DNA from: an uncultured Planctomycetales bacterium
Lineage (GTDB): Bacteria; Planctomycetota; Phycisphaerae; UBA1845; JAFGLZ01
Reading direction: 5' to 3'
Assembly: GCA_964596165.1 (NCBI GenBank)
Contig: CAZQTW010000014.1
Location: 19,219 to 83,218, forward strand
DNA: 64,000 bases
Each line of letters begins with the position of its first letter. The first letter of the stretch is position 1. Positions 38,611-48,389 of the stretch are shown piece by piece. A program made the translations under genes and the position numbers. Under the pieces are notes generated by a model, which did no database searches, had not been told where the DNA came from, and saw only the letters and a program-made list of their open reading frames with translations.

Positions 38611-41385
38611 ATGGCATCCGCGATTACCGTCCCGCGCCTGGGCTGGGAGATGGAAGAGGCGGTCTTTGTCGAATGGCTCAAAAAGGATGGCGAACCCGTC
38701 AAGGAGGGCGAACCGCTCTTCGTCCTCGAGGGCGACAAGGCCGTCCAAGAGGTTGAGGCGATCGACGCCGGCATCCTGCGAATCCCCCCGGACGCTCCGA
38801 AGCAAGGCGACACGGTAAAGGTGGGCGCTCTCCTGGGCTACATCGTGGAACAGGGCGAGATGGCTCCCTTTGAGATTGATGGAGCAATTCACGCTCCGGC
38901 CCAGCCGGCGTCCCCGGCGGCATCCGCCGAAGCGGTTGTCGTCGCCCCAATTGCCGCCGGCAAATGCTCGGCGCTGTCACACGGCGGAAAGAAGACCTCG
39001 TGCGTGCGCCCCACATCCGGCATGCAAGGTCCAAGGGTCAGTCCCCGCGCGGCCCGTGTTGCCGCCGAACTCGGCATCGACTGGTCGCAGATCAGGGGCA
39101 CCGGCAAGACGGGTCGCATTCGTGAGCAAGATGTCCGTGCGGCCGCCGCCCAGCGATCCGTCGGCGCCCCGGTCCGAGAGCCGGCGAACGCGGTCGGCGG
39201 GCAAAGACCGACCCCCGAGACCGTCGCGTCCGGTCGGGTCATTCCAGCCGGCCCGATCCGGAAGCGCATCGCCGATCGGATGGCCACCAGTGCCCATACG
39301 ACCGCGCCCGTTACACTGACAACGACAGCCGATGTGACAAGCCTTGTTGCCTTGCGCTCGCGCCTGAAGTCGGAGGCCCAGGCGCGGAACGAGGCCGTTC
39401 CGGGCTTGACGGACATCATTACGAAGCTGACGGCCGCCGTGCTCCGCGATCATCCCCTGCTCTATTCCCGTTGGGGTGAAGACAAGATCATCCGGCCGGA
39501 CACGATCGACATCGGGATCGCCGTGGATACCGAGGCGGGCCTACTCGTGCCCGTGCTCCGCGATGTGCCCTCGTTAAGTCTGCGCCGGCTCACGGCGCGA
39601 TCGCGCGATCTGATCGAGCGCGCACGGGCGCGGCGGCTGACCCCTGACGAAATGCAGGGCGGAACGTTTACCGTCACCAATCTCGGCCTCTTCGGCGTTG
39701 AGGCCTTCACGCCCATCATCAATCTGCCCGAGTGCGCCGTGCTCGGCATAGGGCGGATCGTGCGTCGGCCCGCTCTCGTCGGCGATCGGATCGAACCACG
39801 CGAGGTGATGACGTTGAGCCTGACGTTTGATCACCGTGTGGTCGACGGCGCGCCGGCCGCCCGATTCCTGGATGCGGTCCGTCAGGCGATTGAGCAGCCC
39901 GATCCGCTTCGCCTGGATGCGGGCTCGGTGGGTTCTTCCCCGTCGGCGGCAACCGCGGAGCCGGTCTCCGCCGGAAAGCCGATTCCCGCATCCCTGCGCT
40001 CGCGCGAGGTGGTTATCATCGGTGCGGGTCCCGGCGGCTACGTCGCCGCGCTGAGGCTCGCGGCGATGGGCGGCAAGGCAACGCTCATCGAGAGGAGCTG
40101 TGTGGGCGGTGTTTGCCTGAACACGGGATGCATCCCGACCAAGGCGTTGCTGCATCTCTCGAAGCTCTATTCCGAGTTAGCCTCCGCCGGGCCGATGGGC
40201 ATCGAGGTGGGACAAGTCCGCCTCGACTTCGCCAAGGTGATCGCGCACAAGGACAAAGTGGTCGCGGGCCTGACCAAGGGCCTGAACACGCTGCTCAAGT
40301 CTCGGGGCGTGAAGGTGATCTCGGGAACCGCCCGTCTGGTTGACGCCCAAACGGTGGGTGTTGACTCGCCGGAAGGCGCCCTGCGAATCCAGGCCCCCAA
40401 CGTTATCCTGGCTACCGGTACCGTGCCGGCGGTCCTACCCGGGCTCGAACCCGACGGCCGCTGCGTCTTGAACACCGACCAGGTCCTGTCGATGAAGACA
40501 CTGCCCGAGTCGGTCCTGATCATCGGCGCGGGCCCGATCGGCGTGGAGTTCGCGACGATGCTGGCCGAGTTCGGCAGTCGCGTGACGCTCGTCGAGGCAT
40601 TGGATCGCATCCTGCCTACGGTCGATGCCGAGGCCGCGAAAGAAGTGACCAAGTCACTGAAGAAACGCAAGGTGACGATCCATTGTGCTACAAAAGTCGA
40701 CGCCGTCGAACGTCGTGACGACCGCGCCGTGAGCCGATTGAGCAATGGTCATACGGTCGAGACGAACGTGGTCATTGTGGCGATTGGTCGCCGAACGCAG
40801 ATCGAGGGGCTGGGACTCGATGAGGCGGGCGTCCGGCACGACGGTCGGATCGTTCACATCGACGAGCATTGCATGACGAACGTACCCGGCATCCATGCCA
40901 TCGGCGACATTACCGGCAAAGGCCCCTACGCGCACGTGGCCTATCGGCAGGCGATGGTTGCCGCCGGCTACATCATGGGTTCGCCGACGACGGAGGACTA
41001 CCGCGTGGTACCGGCCGTTGTCTTCTCGCACCCGGAGGCGGCAGAAGTTGGCCTGAGCGAGGATGAGGCCAAGGCGGTTGGCATCCAGGTTCAGACAGGG
41101 CGTTTCCGTTACCAGGCGAGCGGCGCCGCCCAGGCGTTCGGCGAGCCGGAAGGATTCTGCAAGCTGGTGGCCGAGGCGGGAACGGGTCGGGTTCTAGGGG
41201 CCACGATGGTTGGCTTCCGCGCGGCCGAGGTGATCCACGAGGTTGCCGTCGCGATCAAGGCCGGAATGAACATCCATCAGATCGCCGATACGATCCACGC
41301 GCACCCGTCATTGGCCGAGCCCGTTGCCGAGGCGGCCGATGCGTTATTGGGGATACCTCTGCACGCGCCCCGCAATACAGTGTGA
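38611..41385 (+). CDS. Fusion protein: dihydrolipoamide acyltransferase (E2: lipoyl + PSBD + catalytic) joined to dihydrolipoyl dehydrogenase (E3)
   Basis: One ORF with lipoyl domain (LEGDKAVQEVEA), PSBD (SPRAARVAAELGIDWSQIRGTGKTGRI), catalytic domain (LSLTFDHRVVDGAPAARFL), an Ala/Pro/Ser linker, then E3 (VVIIGAGPGGYVAA, CLNTGCIPTKALL, HAHPSLAE). ATG 38611 is preceded by GAGGA. Confidence 0.85.
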   Translation: MASAITVPRLGWEMEEAVFVEWLKKDGEPVKEGEPLFVLEGDKAVQEVEAIDAGILRIPPDAPKQGDTVKVGALLGYIVEQGEMAPFEIDGAIHAPAQPASPAASAEAVVVAPIAAGKCSALSHGGKKTSCVRPTSGMQGPRVSPRAARVAAELGIDWSQIRGTGKTGRIREQDVRAAAAQRSVGAPVREPANAVGGQRPTPETVASGRVIPAGPIRKRIADRMATSAHTTAPVTLTTTADVTSLVALRSRLKSEAQARNEAVPGLTDIITKLTAAVLRDHPLLYSRWGEDKIIRPDTIDIGIAVDTEAGLLVPVLRDVPSLSLRRLTARSRDLIERARARRLTPDEMQGGTFTVTNLGLFGVEAFTPIINLPECAVLGIGRIVRRPALVGDRIEPREVMTLSLTFDHRVVDGAPAARFLDAVRQAIEQPDPLRLDAGSVGSSPSAATAEPVSAGKPIPASLRSREVVIIGAGPGGYVAALRLAAMGGKATLIERSCVGGVCLNTGCIPTKALLHLSKLYSELASAGPMGIEVGQVRLDFAKVIAHKDKVVAGLTKGLNTLLKSRGVKVISGTARLVDAQTVGVDSPEGALRIQAPNVILATGTVPAVLPGLEPDGRCVLNTDQVLSMKTLPESVLIIGAGPIGVEFATMLAEFGSRVTLVEALDRILPTVDAEAAKEVTKSLKKRKVTIHCATKVDAVERRDDRAVSRLSNGHTVETNVVIVAIGRRTQIEGLGLDEAGVRHDGRIVHIDEHCMTNVPGIHAIGDITGKGPYAHVAYRQAMVAAGYIMGSPTTEDYRVVPAVVFSHPEAAEVGLSEDEAKAVGIQVQTGRFRYQASGAAQAFGEPEGFCKLVAEAGTGRVLGATMVGFRAAEVIHEVAVAIKAGMNIHQIADTIHAHPSLAEPVAEAADALLGIPLHAPRNTV

Positions 41386-41445
41386 GCCGGTCCAGTGTCT
41401 GGATCGACTCACATGCTGCGGTGACAGGAACTGAAGAAGGTTGGA

Positions 41446-41490
41446 CCCCGGGCGGTGCAACCGGATGGGCAAGCCTGTTGCCGCCCGGGG
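41446..41490. terminator. Long GC-rich hairpin between the convergent E2-E3 gene and the MCP gene (candidate bidirectional terminator)
   Basis: CCCCGGGCGG(tg)CAAC at 41446-41461 pairs with GTTGCCGCCCGGGG at 41477-41490. On the minus strand it is followed by TCCAACCTTCTTCAGTT. Confidence 0.5.
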
Positions 41491-41502
41491 GTGTTGGACG
41501 CA

Positions 41503-43485
41503 TCAGAACTCGTCCAGGTCTTTGGTTGTTGTGTCTCCGTGAGATGTGGCGCCGGCCGGCGAGGGTTCGACCTTCGTGGAGGAATCGGTTGCGGTGATCC
41601 GTTCGAGCGCCTTTCTTGCCTGAATCTTAGATGACGAGCGAGGGCGACGACTGCCGGGGTCCGTTGTCTTGTTTGCCGCCGTACTTCCGACCAAGGCCAC
41701 CAACTCGTTGACCATCGCTCGGACATTCTCGGCCTGCGCCGACAGTTCCTCCGACGCACTGGCCGATTCCTCGGCGTTGGCCGCCGTAGCCTGTGTGACC
41801 TTGTCCATCTGGGCGACGGCGGTGTTGACCTGATCGACGCCCTGGGCCTGTTCGGCCGACGCGTGCGTGATCTGAGCCACAAGGTCGGCGACCTTGCTGG
41901 CCGCACTTTCAATCTTGGTGAAACTCTCCGCGGTGGTCTGGTTCAACTCGACCCCGCGCGTTACCCGGCTGACTGTCTGCTCGATCAGATCACCCGTCTC
42001 GCGGGCCGCCTGAGCGGCACGCTGAGCCAGGTTGCGAACCTCGTCGGCGACCACGGCGAAACCCTTGCCGTGCTCGCCGGCCCGGGCCGCCTCGACGGCG
42101 GCGTTGAGGGCCAGCAGGTTCGTCTGGAACGCAATCTCCTCGATCACCTTGATGATCTTGCTGATCTTGTCGGAGGCCTCCGAGATCTGCTGCATGGCGT
42201 TGGTGGCTTCCTTCATTGCCGCATCACCTTCTCCGATCACGGCCTTGGCCTCGAGCATGAACTCATTCGCTTGCTTGCTGTTGTCGGCGTTTTGGCGCGC
42301 CATGCTGGCCATCTCTTCCAGCGCGCTCGACGTCTCTTCAAGCGATGACGCCTGTTCCGAGGACCCCTCGGCAAGCTGCTGGCTGGCCTTGGACACCTGC
42401 CCCGCCGCCTCATGGACCTGCTCGGCGCCCTCGTTCAATCCCGTGATGATCCGATGGATCGGCTTGGTGATTCCTCGAGTGATCAAGACAGCCAGGAGAA
42501 TGCCGACGACCAACGCCGTCACGAGTCCCACAACCATGATCGTGGATGCCAGCGAGAGCGCTGAGGCCGCCTCCGTGGAACGATCCGTGGCCGCGGCAAT
42601 GCCCTGAGTCGTCACCGCACCCGTCGCCTCCTTGACCTTGATGGCGTACGGCACGCGCTTGGCAGCCAGCTCTTCGGCGTCCGCCATCAACGATGTGATT
42701 CGCTTCATCGTGTCCCGATAGGATACGACGATGTCGCTGATCTCACCCACGAGCTTTCCGGTGTCCGCATCGTTGGTCATGCCCTTCAGATCCTGGAATC
42801 GCTTCATGATCGGTTCGAACTGCTTGTCGGCTTCGGCCATCAGCTTCGAATCCCGCTTGGCTTGTGCCTTCCAGTAAGCGACCCGGACGCCGTTCATGGT
42901 GTTGATGATCTCGTTGGCGACGGCGATCTGTTGAAGACGTGCGTTGAGCTTGTCCGCTTTCGATCCCTCGGCGATTTCCTTCTTAAGTGCGTCTTGTTGG
43001 GCGTTCAGGAAGTCGCCGTATCGCTTCAGGTATTGGACGGCGATCTCATCGAGTTTCTTACGGTCGGCAGCCGCCCCTTCATATTTCTTGACAGTCTGAT
43101 TCAGGAGCCCCTCGTACTCGGCCACCTGACTCTCAAGCGTGGCCGCCGTGTCCTTGAGTCCGGTCAGATGACGTGCCTTGTCGGCAAGGGTCTTGACATC
43201 CTGAAGCCGCTCCCTTACGTCGGTGAACCCCTTTCTCGTCGTTTCCAGAAAGCTGGGCAGTTCGGTGTAGTTATAGGCCCTTGCCTCGAAGATCGTGTTG
43301 AGCCAGGCCCGCTCCACGTCGGTTATCGCGGAGACCTCCGGGACGTACTCCTGCGCCAGGATCGTGGATTGTCTCCCGACGGTAGTCATCTTCCAGACGG
43401 CAATGCCGCCGATGACGACCGTGATCAGGATCATTGCCGTGAAGCCGGCGCCGATCTTCCGACCCAATGTCATGTTCTTGAACAT
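41503..43485 (-). CDS. Methyl-accepting chemotaxis protein (two TM helices, periplasmic helical sensor, HAMP, MA domain)
   Basis: [16 protein letters not shown] and second [22 protein letters not shown], followed by HAMP ([17 protein letters not shown]). Highly conserved signalling hairpin [40 protein letters not shown] 43485 has RBS GAGGAG. Confidence 0.92.
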   Translation of the reverse strand: MFKNMTLGRKIGAGFTAMILITVVIGGIAVWKMTTVGRQSTILAQEYVPEVSAITDVERAWLNTIFEARAYNYTELPSFLETTRKGFTDVRERLQDVKTLADKARHLTGLKDTAATLESQVAEYEGLLNQTVKKYEGAAADRKKLDEIAVQYLKRYGDFLNAQQDALKKEIAEGSKADKLNARLQQIAVANEIINTMNGVRVAYWKAQAKRDSKLMAEADKQFEPIMKRFQDLKGMTNDADTGKLVGEISDIVVSYRDTMKRITSLMADAEELAAKRVPYAIKVKEATGAVTTQGIAAATDRSTEAASALSLASTIMVVGLVTALVVGILLAVLITRGITKPIHRIITGLNEGAEQVHEAAGQVSKASQQLAEGSSEQASSLEETSSALEEMASMARQNADNSKQANEFMLEAKAVIGEGDAAMKEATNAMQQISEASDKISKIIKVIEEIAFQTNLLALNAAVEAARAGEHGKGFAVVADEVRNLAQRAAQAARETGDLIEQTVSRVTRGVELNQTTAESFTKIESAASKVADLVAQITHASAEQAQGVDQVNTAVAQMDKVTQATAANAEESASASEELSAQAENVRAMVNELVALVGSTAANKTTDPGSRRPRSSSKIQARKALERITATDSSTKVEPSPAGATSHGDTTTKDLDEF

Positions 43486-43877
43486 TTTTGTGTCTCCTCG
43501 ATACGTGGTGCTTGACCGTCCCGGACAGACTCGGGCGACGGTCAAGCAGGCCCATGGTCATATGCCCCGTCGAAGGGGCCACTTTCCGTACCATCGCGCG
43601 CGACGGTGCGATGTCGCCCTTCTGCTGCCGTGCGCGAGTGCCTCGACGTTCCAACGCTCGACACCATCCGTTCAGCCCTCGGCGGATTCGGACCTAAACG
43701 GATCCGGTGCAGAGCCGAACAAACTCGGTCCGTCCGTGACCCCTCGGCGCCGATCATGGACATGATGCGATCGGTGACAATGCCGAGTCGTGATCTCCTT
43801 CAATCCGGCCCCCGGAACGCCGACCCTTGAATCGTCTGGAAGCCTGCGGACATGAATAGGTAGTTTGCCCTATTGGA

Positions 43878-44501
43878 TCAGATCGTCGGCGTGCCGGTGC
43901 CTGTTGCCAGAGCCCACTGCACGAGTTGGGGGACCGACTCCGCATTGGTCTTGGACATAATGTGAGCTCGGTGAATAGCCACGGTCTTCGGGCTGATCCC
44001 CAGTTTCGCGGCGATGGCCTTGCTGGGCTTGCCTTCCACAACAAGCGCCATGACCTGTCTCTCGCGTTCCGTCAGAGAACCCAGACGGTCTCGGAGGCGC
44101 CCCTGTTGGTCCTTGAGGGCTCTTGCCTTCGCGTCGCGGTCGAGCGCTTCGTGAATTCTTTCCAGCAGGATCTGGCTGCTGAAGGGCTTTTCGATGAAGT
44201 CGACGGCGCCGGCTCTCATGGCTCGGCTGGCCATCGACACCTTGCCGTAGGCGGTTATCACGACGATGGGCACGGTGATTCCCCTGGCCTGAAGCTCATC
44301 TTGAAGATCAAGACCGCTCATTCCGGGCATTCGAATGTCCAGCACGAGGCAGCCGGGTTGGGCGGGGTTATACGTGTCGAGGAACTCGCGCGCGGACGAA
44401 TGCGTCTCCACGGCCAGACCATCGGAAGTGACCAGGCACTCCAATGACCGCCGAACCGCCGGGTCATCGTCAACGACATGGACTACGGGTTGCGACGGCA
44501 C
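43878..44501 (-). CDS. Response regulator, FixJ/NarL (LuxR-type HTH) family
   Basis: REC: VVHVVDDDPAVRRSL...LVLDIRMPGMSGLDL...VVITAYG...DFIEKP. HTH: LTERERQVMALVVEGKPSKAIAAKLGISPKTVAIHRAHIMSK. The ORF is open to 44549. GTG 44501 is a plausible start and overlaps the kinase 3' end. Confidence 0.9.
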   Translation of the reverse strand: MPSQPVVHVVDDDPAVRRSLECLVTSDGLAVETHSSAREFLDTYNPAQPGCLVLDIRMPGMSGLDLQDELQARGITVPIVVITAYGKVSMASRAMRAGAVDFIEKPFSSQILLERIHEALDRDAKARALKDQQGRLRDRLGSLTERERQVMALVVEGKPSKAIAAKLGISPKTVAIHRAHIMSKTNAESVPQLVQWALATGTGTPTI

Positions 44502-45625
44502 GCGGATCCTCCTCTTGCATCCATGGGCAGAGCGAAGCGAAACGTACATCCTCGGTCGGGATTGGGACTGGCCCAGATGCGACCGCCATGGGCGTTCACG
44601 ATAGTCTTGCTGATGGACAAGCCCATGCCCATTCCGTCGGGCCGCGTTGTGAAGAACGGCTCGAAGAGCCGGTCGGCGATTGCGGGCGTCAGGCCGTGTC
44701 CTCGATCGACCACCTCGACTTCCGCCACATGCCCCGCGTCGACCGAGGTCCGCAGGATGAGTTCGCGGTCGGAGGGGGAGACGTCCGACATGGCCTCCAT
44801 TCCGTTCCGCAAGAGGTTCAGAACGACCTGTTGGATTTGAACCCGGTCGGCCTTCACCATGGGGTTGTCGGCGCTGAGTTCCGTTCGAATGGGAACGGCT
44901 TTTCTCCTGGCCTCCGTCTCGGCGAGCGCAACGGCTTCTTGCACAACGTCATTCAGGTTTAGGCGTGCGAGTTCGGGTTTGCCCTTTCGGATGAAGTCTC
45001 TCAAACGGTAGATGATTCTCCCGGCCCGTTCCGCCTCCTTTGCGATGTCCGCCAGGGCTCTCAGAAGGGTGTCCTCGGTTATCCGACCGGATCGTATGTG
45101 TTTGGTGCAGGCTTCCGCATAGTTGACGATGGCGAACAACGGCTGATTGAGTTCGTGCGCGACTTCGGCCGCCATTTCACCCAACGTGCTGATGCGCGAG
45201 GAGTGAGCAAGTTCGGCCAGGCGTTGTCTGGCCTCTTCTTCAAGTCGCTTCTGCGTGGTGATGTCCGAGAACGAGCCCACACTCTGCCTCGTGCCCGGAA
45301 TCATGTCGATGGTGAGGATCGTATTGCGGATACGGCGTCCCCGATCGATGAATCGACACTCGTACTGGCGCGGCGCGACCCCCGGTTTCACGCGGCGAAG
45401 ATGATGGTAGGTGAGCATTCGGGGGATGTCGGTGTTGACAATGAAGTCCGTCCACCGCATCCGGCCTTCCACCTCTTGTTTGGAATAGCCGGAAAGCCGT
45501 TCGAACTCGGCGTTGGCCAGCCGGATCGTCGTGTCCTCGTCGATGATGATTGTGGCCGTGCCGGTGGTCTCAAAGACGGCTTGATACATCTGTTCGGTGC
45601 AGTCTGTCCTTCCTGCTCGATACAT
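44483..45625 (-). CDS. Cytoplasmic PAS sensor histidine kinase (FixL-like)
   Basis: PAS (YQAVFETTGTATIIIDEDTTIRLANAEFERLSGYSKQEVEG), H-box GEMAAEVAHELNQPL, N-box VVLNLLRNGMEAM, and VVDRGHGL...GMGMGLSIS. Confidence 0.9.
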   Translation of the reverse strand: MYRAGRTDCTEQMYQAVFETTGTATIIIDEDTTIRLANAEFERLSGYSKQEVEGRMRWTDFIVNTDIPRMLTYHHLRRVKPGVAPRQYECRFIDRGRRIRNTILTIDMIPGTRQSVGSFSDITTQKRLEEEARQRLAELAHSSRISTLGEMAAEVAHELNQPLFAIVNYAEACTKHIRSGRITEDTLLRALADIAKEAERAGRIIYRLRDFIRKGKPELARLNLNDVVQEAVALAETEARRKAVPIRTELSADNPMVKADRVQIQQVVLNLLRNGMEAMSDVSPSDRELILRTSVDAGHVAEVEVVDRGHGLTPAIADRLFEPFFTTRPDGMGMGLSISKTIVNAHGGRIWASPNPDRGCTFRFALPMDARGGSACRRNP

Positions 45626-46025
45626 GGATCACTTACCTCGTCACCGGTGCCGATGACGCAGGAAAGGCGTTACGTCGTGCCGAAGGGACTGATGGAACCA
45701 CTGGATCACTCCAGATTCGCTATCGGACGGCACGAGCCACGAATTGATCAAACGCGGCTACGTGAAAACACCGCCGACTGTGGGGCCTTCCCCTATTTCT
45801 GAAGTGCCATTTCAAAATCGTATGTGTCTATGCATCGTGAACGGGTGTATTCAGTAACCCCTCGCTCATGTGGAGTTCTATTCGGTGTAGACGCTCCGCA
45901 GGCGCGGCCGTCCGGCGCATGCCATGGGATCTCGGGTTGCTGGTTGTTGAGGAGCCTGCATTGCGCATAGACGAGGAACATCGTGCGAGCAGGTGAGAGG
46001 CCTGCGTAGCGGCCGCTTTATTCTC

Positions 46026-47585
46026 CTATGCGGTCTGCGCGGAATTCTGTCGCCGTGTGAGACTCCGGAGCTCGGCGAAAAGGGGTCTCATGTCGGTCAG
46101 GGCCTTCATATACACTTGGAAAAGGGCGGCGTATTCGTGATGTCGTCCGCGATCAGGCATCAGCCGATCGCCCGGGTTTGTCCAGTGATCCACGGCCTCC
46201 CCGGCGCTTGAGACGGCGTTGATTCCTGCCGCGGCCACGGCCGCCGCTCCCAAGAGGGCTTGATCGTCCCGAGTCGGAGTGACATACGGGACGCCGAGCA
46301 CATCCGCCTTGATCTGCGACCAGAGTCTGGACCGCGAGCCGGCTCCGATTCCGCGGATCTCCTCGAAAGTCGTAAGGTTGAACATCTCACGAGCCACCAG
46401 GAGGAAGTAGGCATACTCAAAGGCCACCGATTCGAGGATCGACCGGTGGAGGTGCTTCTGCGTGTGGTGGGACTGCAGCCCAAGCCACGATCCCCGAATG
46501 GCGGGGTCCCAGGGACAATGCCGACCGCCCAAGTGCGGGATGAAGAGGAGTCCGTCACATCCGGGTGGAATCTTGTCCGCCTCTTCTTCGAGCAGACGAA
46601 CTCGTACCGGCAACTTGTCCGTGTCTTTGGGATGGCGGAACGCGTCTTCGAGAAACCATCGGCACGTGGTCCCGCCGGCATTCACATAGGCCATCGCGTA
46701 CCAAATACCCTCGGCCGGACCGGCGAGTGTGGAAAGGGCCCGATGCCGGGTATCGGCGGCGAAATGATCCGTGGTTGCGGCGAAGTGACAGATGTGGGCC
46801 GACATGTCGCAGAGCCGTCCGGGTCGGGTCAACCCCGCGCCGAGAAACGTGGCCACATGATCGCTCAGCCCCGCCACAATAGGTATCCCGGCCGGCAACT
46901 TGAAGTCCTCGGCGGTTGCGGCCGACAACTGGCCAATGACCTCGCTTGGTCTGACGATCTGAGGCAAGACCTCGCGGGAGACGCCGCAGAGGCCGAGCAG
47001 GACATCCGACCAGGCGCCCGCGGCGTTGTCGGCAAGTCCTGAGAGCCCGAGTTGAGTCTGGTCGATGAAAGCGTGGTCGGCGTTCAGTCCCGCCATTCGA
47101 CCGGCAAGGTATGTTCCGATCGTGACCCACTTGCGAACCTTGGCGGCCGCGGCGGGTTCGTTCTCCAGCCACCATTTGATCTTTACACCGAGGTAGGGGA
47201 GGCAACCGGTCAGTTCGCGAATCGTGGACTCATGCTCGCGCATCAGTTGTTCCCGGATGGGCTGGCACCGATCGTCGAAGTGAACGTCAAACCGTGTGAT
47301 CGGTTTGAACGCTTCGTCGATGCCCAACACGCCACCCATCTGAGAACTGATTCCGATTGCCTGGATGGTGGCTCCCGCGACGCCGGAGGCCCTCAATGCA
47401 CGCCGGGCCCCCATGGCTACCGCATCGTAATAGGCGGTGGCCTGAACCTCCGCCTGACCCGGTTGCAGGTATTTGATCTCCACCTGCCGATCGCGCATGG
47501 CCAGACAGCGTCCTCCCATGTCGTATACACCGGCTCGTACGACTGCCGCGCCGACATCAATCGCCAGCACATGTCCGTTGCTCAT
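46026..47585 (-). CDS. FGGY family carbohydrate kinase (xylulokinase/ribulokinase-like)
   Basis: N-terminal LAIDVGAAVVRAGVYD, GISSQMGG and C-terminal GIGAGSRSRLWSQIKADVLG. 519 aa. Confidence 0.85.
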   Translation of the reverse strand: MSNGHVLAIDVGAAVVRAGVYDMGGRCLAMRDRQVEIKYLQPGQAEVQATAYYDAVAMGARRALRASGVAGATIQAIGISSQMGGVLGIDEAFKPITRFDVHFDDRCQPIREQLMREHESTIRELTGCLPYLGVKIKWWLENEPAAAAKVRKWVTIGTYLAGRMAGLNADHAFIDQTQLGLSGLADNAAGAWSDVLLGLCGVSREVLPQIVRPSEVIGQLSAATAEDFKLPAGIPIVAGLSDHVATFLGAGLTRPGRLCDMSAHICHFAATTDHFAADTRHRALSTLAGPAEGIWYAMAYVNAGGTTCRWFLEDAFRHPKDTDKLPVRVRLLEEEADKIPPGCDGLLFIPHLGGRHCPWDPAIRGSWLGLQSHHTQKHLHRSILESVAFEYAYFLLVAREMFNLTTFEEIRGIGAGSRSRLWSQIKADVLGVPYVTPTRDDQALLGAAAVAAAGINAVSSAGEAVDHWTNPGDRLMPDRGRHHEYAALFQVYMKALTDMRPLFAELRSLTRRQNSAQTA

Positions 47586-47899
47586 TGTCGACTCCGTTCG
47601 TCAGGGGTCCGACGCGCCGCCGGACCCCTGAATGGTCGCTATGACATGCATGAATCTCTCTGTATTATCATGATTTCACCGCTCCGATACAATCGCCTGT
47701 CGTGTGCGCCGCACGTCCTTTTGCGAAAGAGACTTCCAGTTTCTCATCTGTCTGCCGAAGGGGGCCTGCCCGAATCGGTGAGGCCGACAATAACCGGTAA
47801 GGCAGTCCCTTTGGGCGCGTTCTCGTCTCTCAAATGGGCTTGCATAACGCATGTTCCTGGTTAGCATGAACGGGCAATCCCAAGCAAAGGAGCCACACC

Positions 47900-48130
47900 A
47901 TGGCAACCACGTGTCCTATTTCCAGGGCGGAATTCCACAAGACCGCTCAGCCGGTGAAGGTTGTGATCAACGGCGTTGAGATGATCGCGGAGGTCAAGGA
48001 GTTCAAAACGGGGTCCTTTGGGTGGTACCTGAACGGAAAAACTACCCTTCCCGTCGGCGGCAAGACGGTGACCGTACAGGTGGGTGCCAACTTGACCGTT
48101 GTGGGCAGTAAGGAGCTGCCTGGCAAGTAG
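47900..48130 (+). CDS. Small hypothetical protein (76 aa, beta-rich)
   Basis: Strong RBS AAGGAG 7 nt before the ATG. MATTCPISRAEFHKTAQPVKVVINGVEMIAEVKEFKTGSFGWYLNGKTTLPVGGKTVTVQVGANLTVVGSKELPGK. Coding-like composition. I recognise no family. Confidence 0.6.
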   Translation: MATTCPISRAEFHKTAQPVKVVINGVEMIAEVKEFKTGSFGWYLNGKTTLPVGGKTVTVQVGANLTVVGSKELPGK

Positions 48131-48389
48131 GCTGCCGCCTCGGCGAGGCCTTCCGTACTTGCCGACATGGCCGTGCCTTGCCCCTCTCCTTCGAACCACT
48201 CGATGGAGGATGTGACGCCATCGCCTCATGCGTGTCGGTCGTCGGTTCTTGACGCATCTTATGGGACCTATTATGTGATGGGTCGCCGGCCATTTGACTT
48301 CGGTTCCGCCAAATCTTATCTCAATCGAGACACGGGTGGGTACGCCACCCCAATACCGCACACAGGGTGTCATCTGGGGGGGAAGCCTG

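Noticed and set aside
39900-40010. The E2-E3 fusion as an artefact of an indel joining two adjacent genes
   Set aside because: None of the three forward frames has a stop across the junction, and the linker is Ala/Pro/Ser-rich like natural inter-domain linkers of these complexes. The artefact explanation is therefore unlikely, although confirmation from reads is still advisable.
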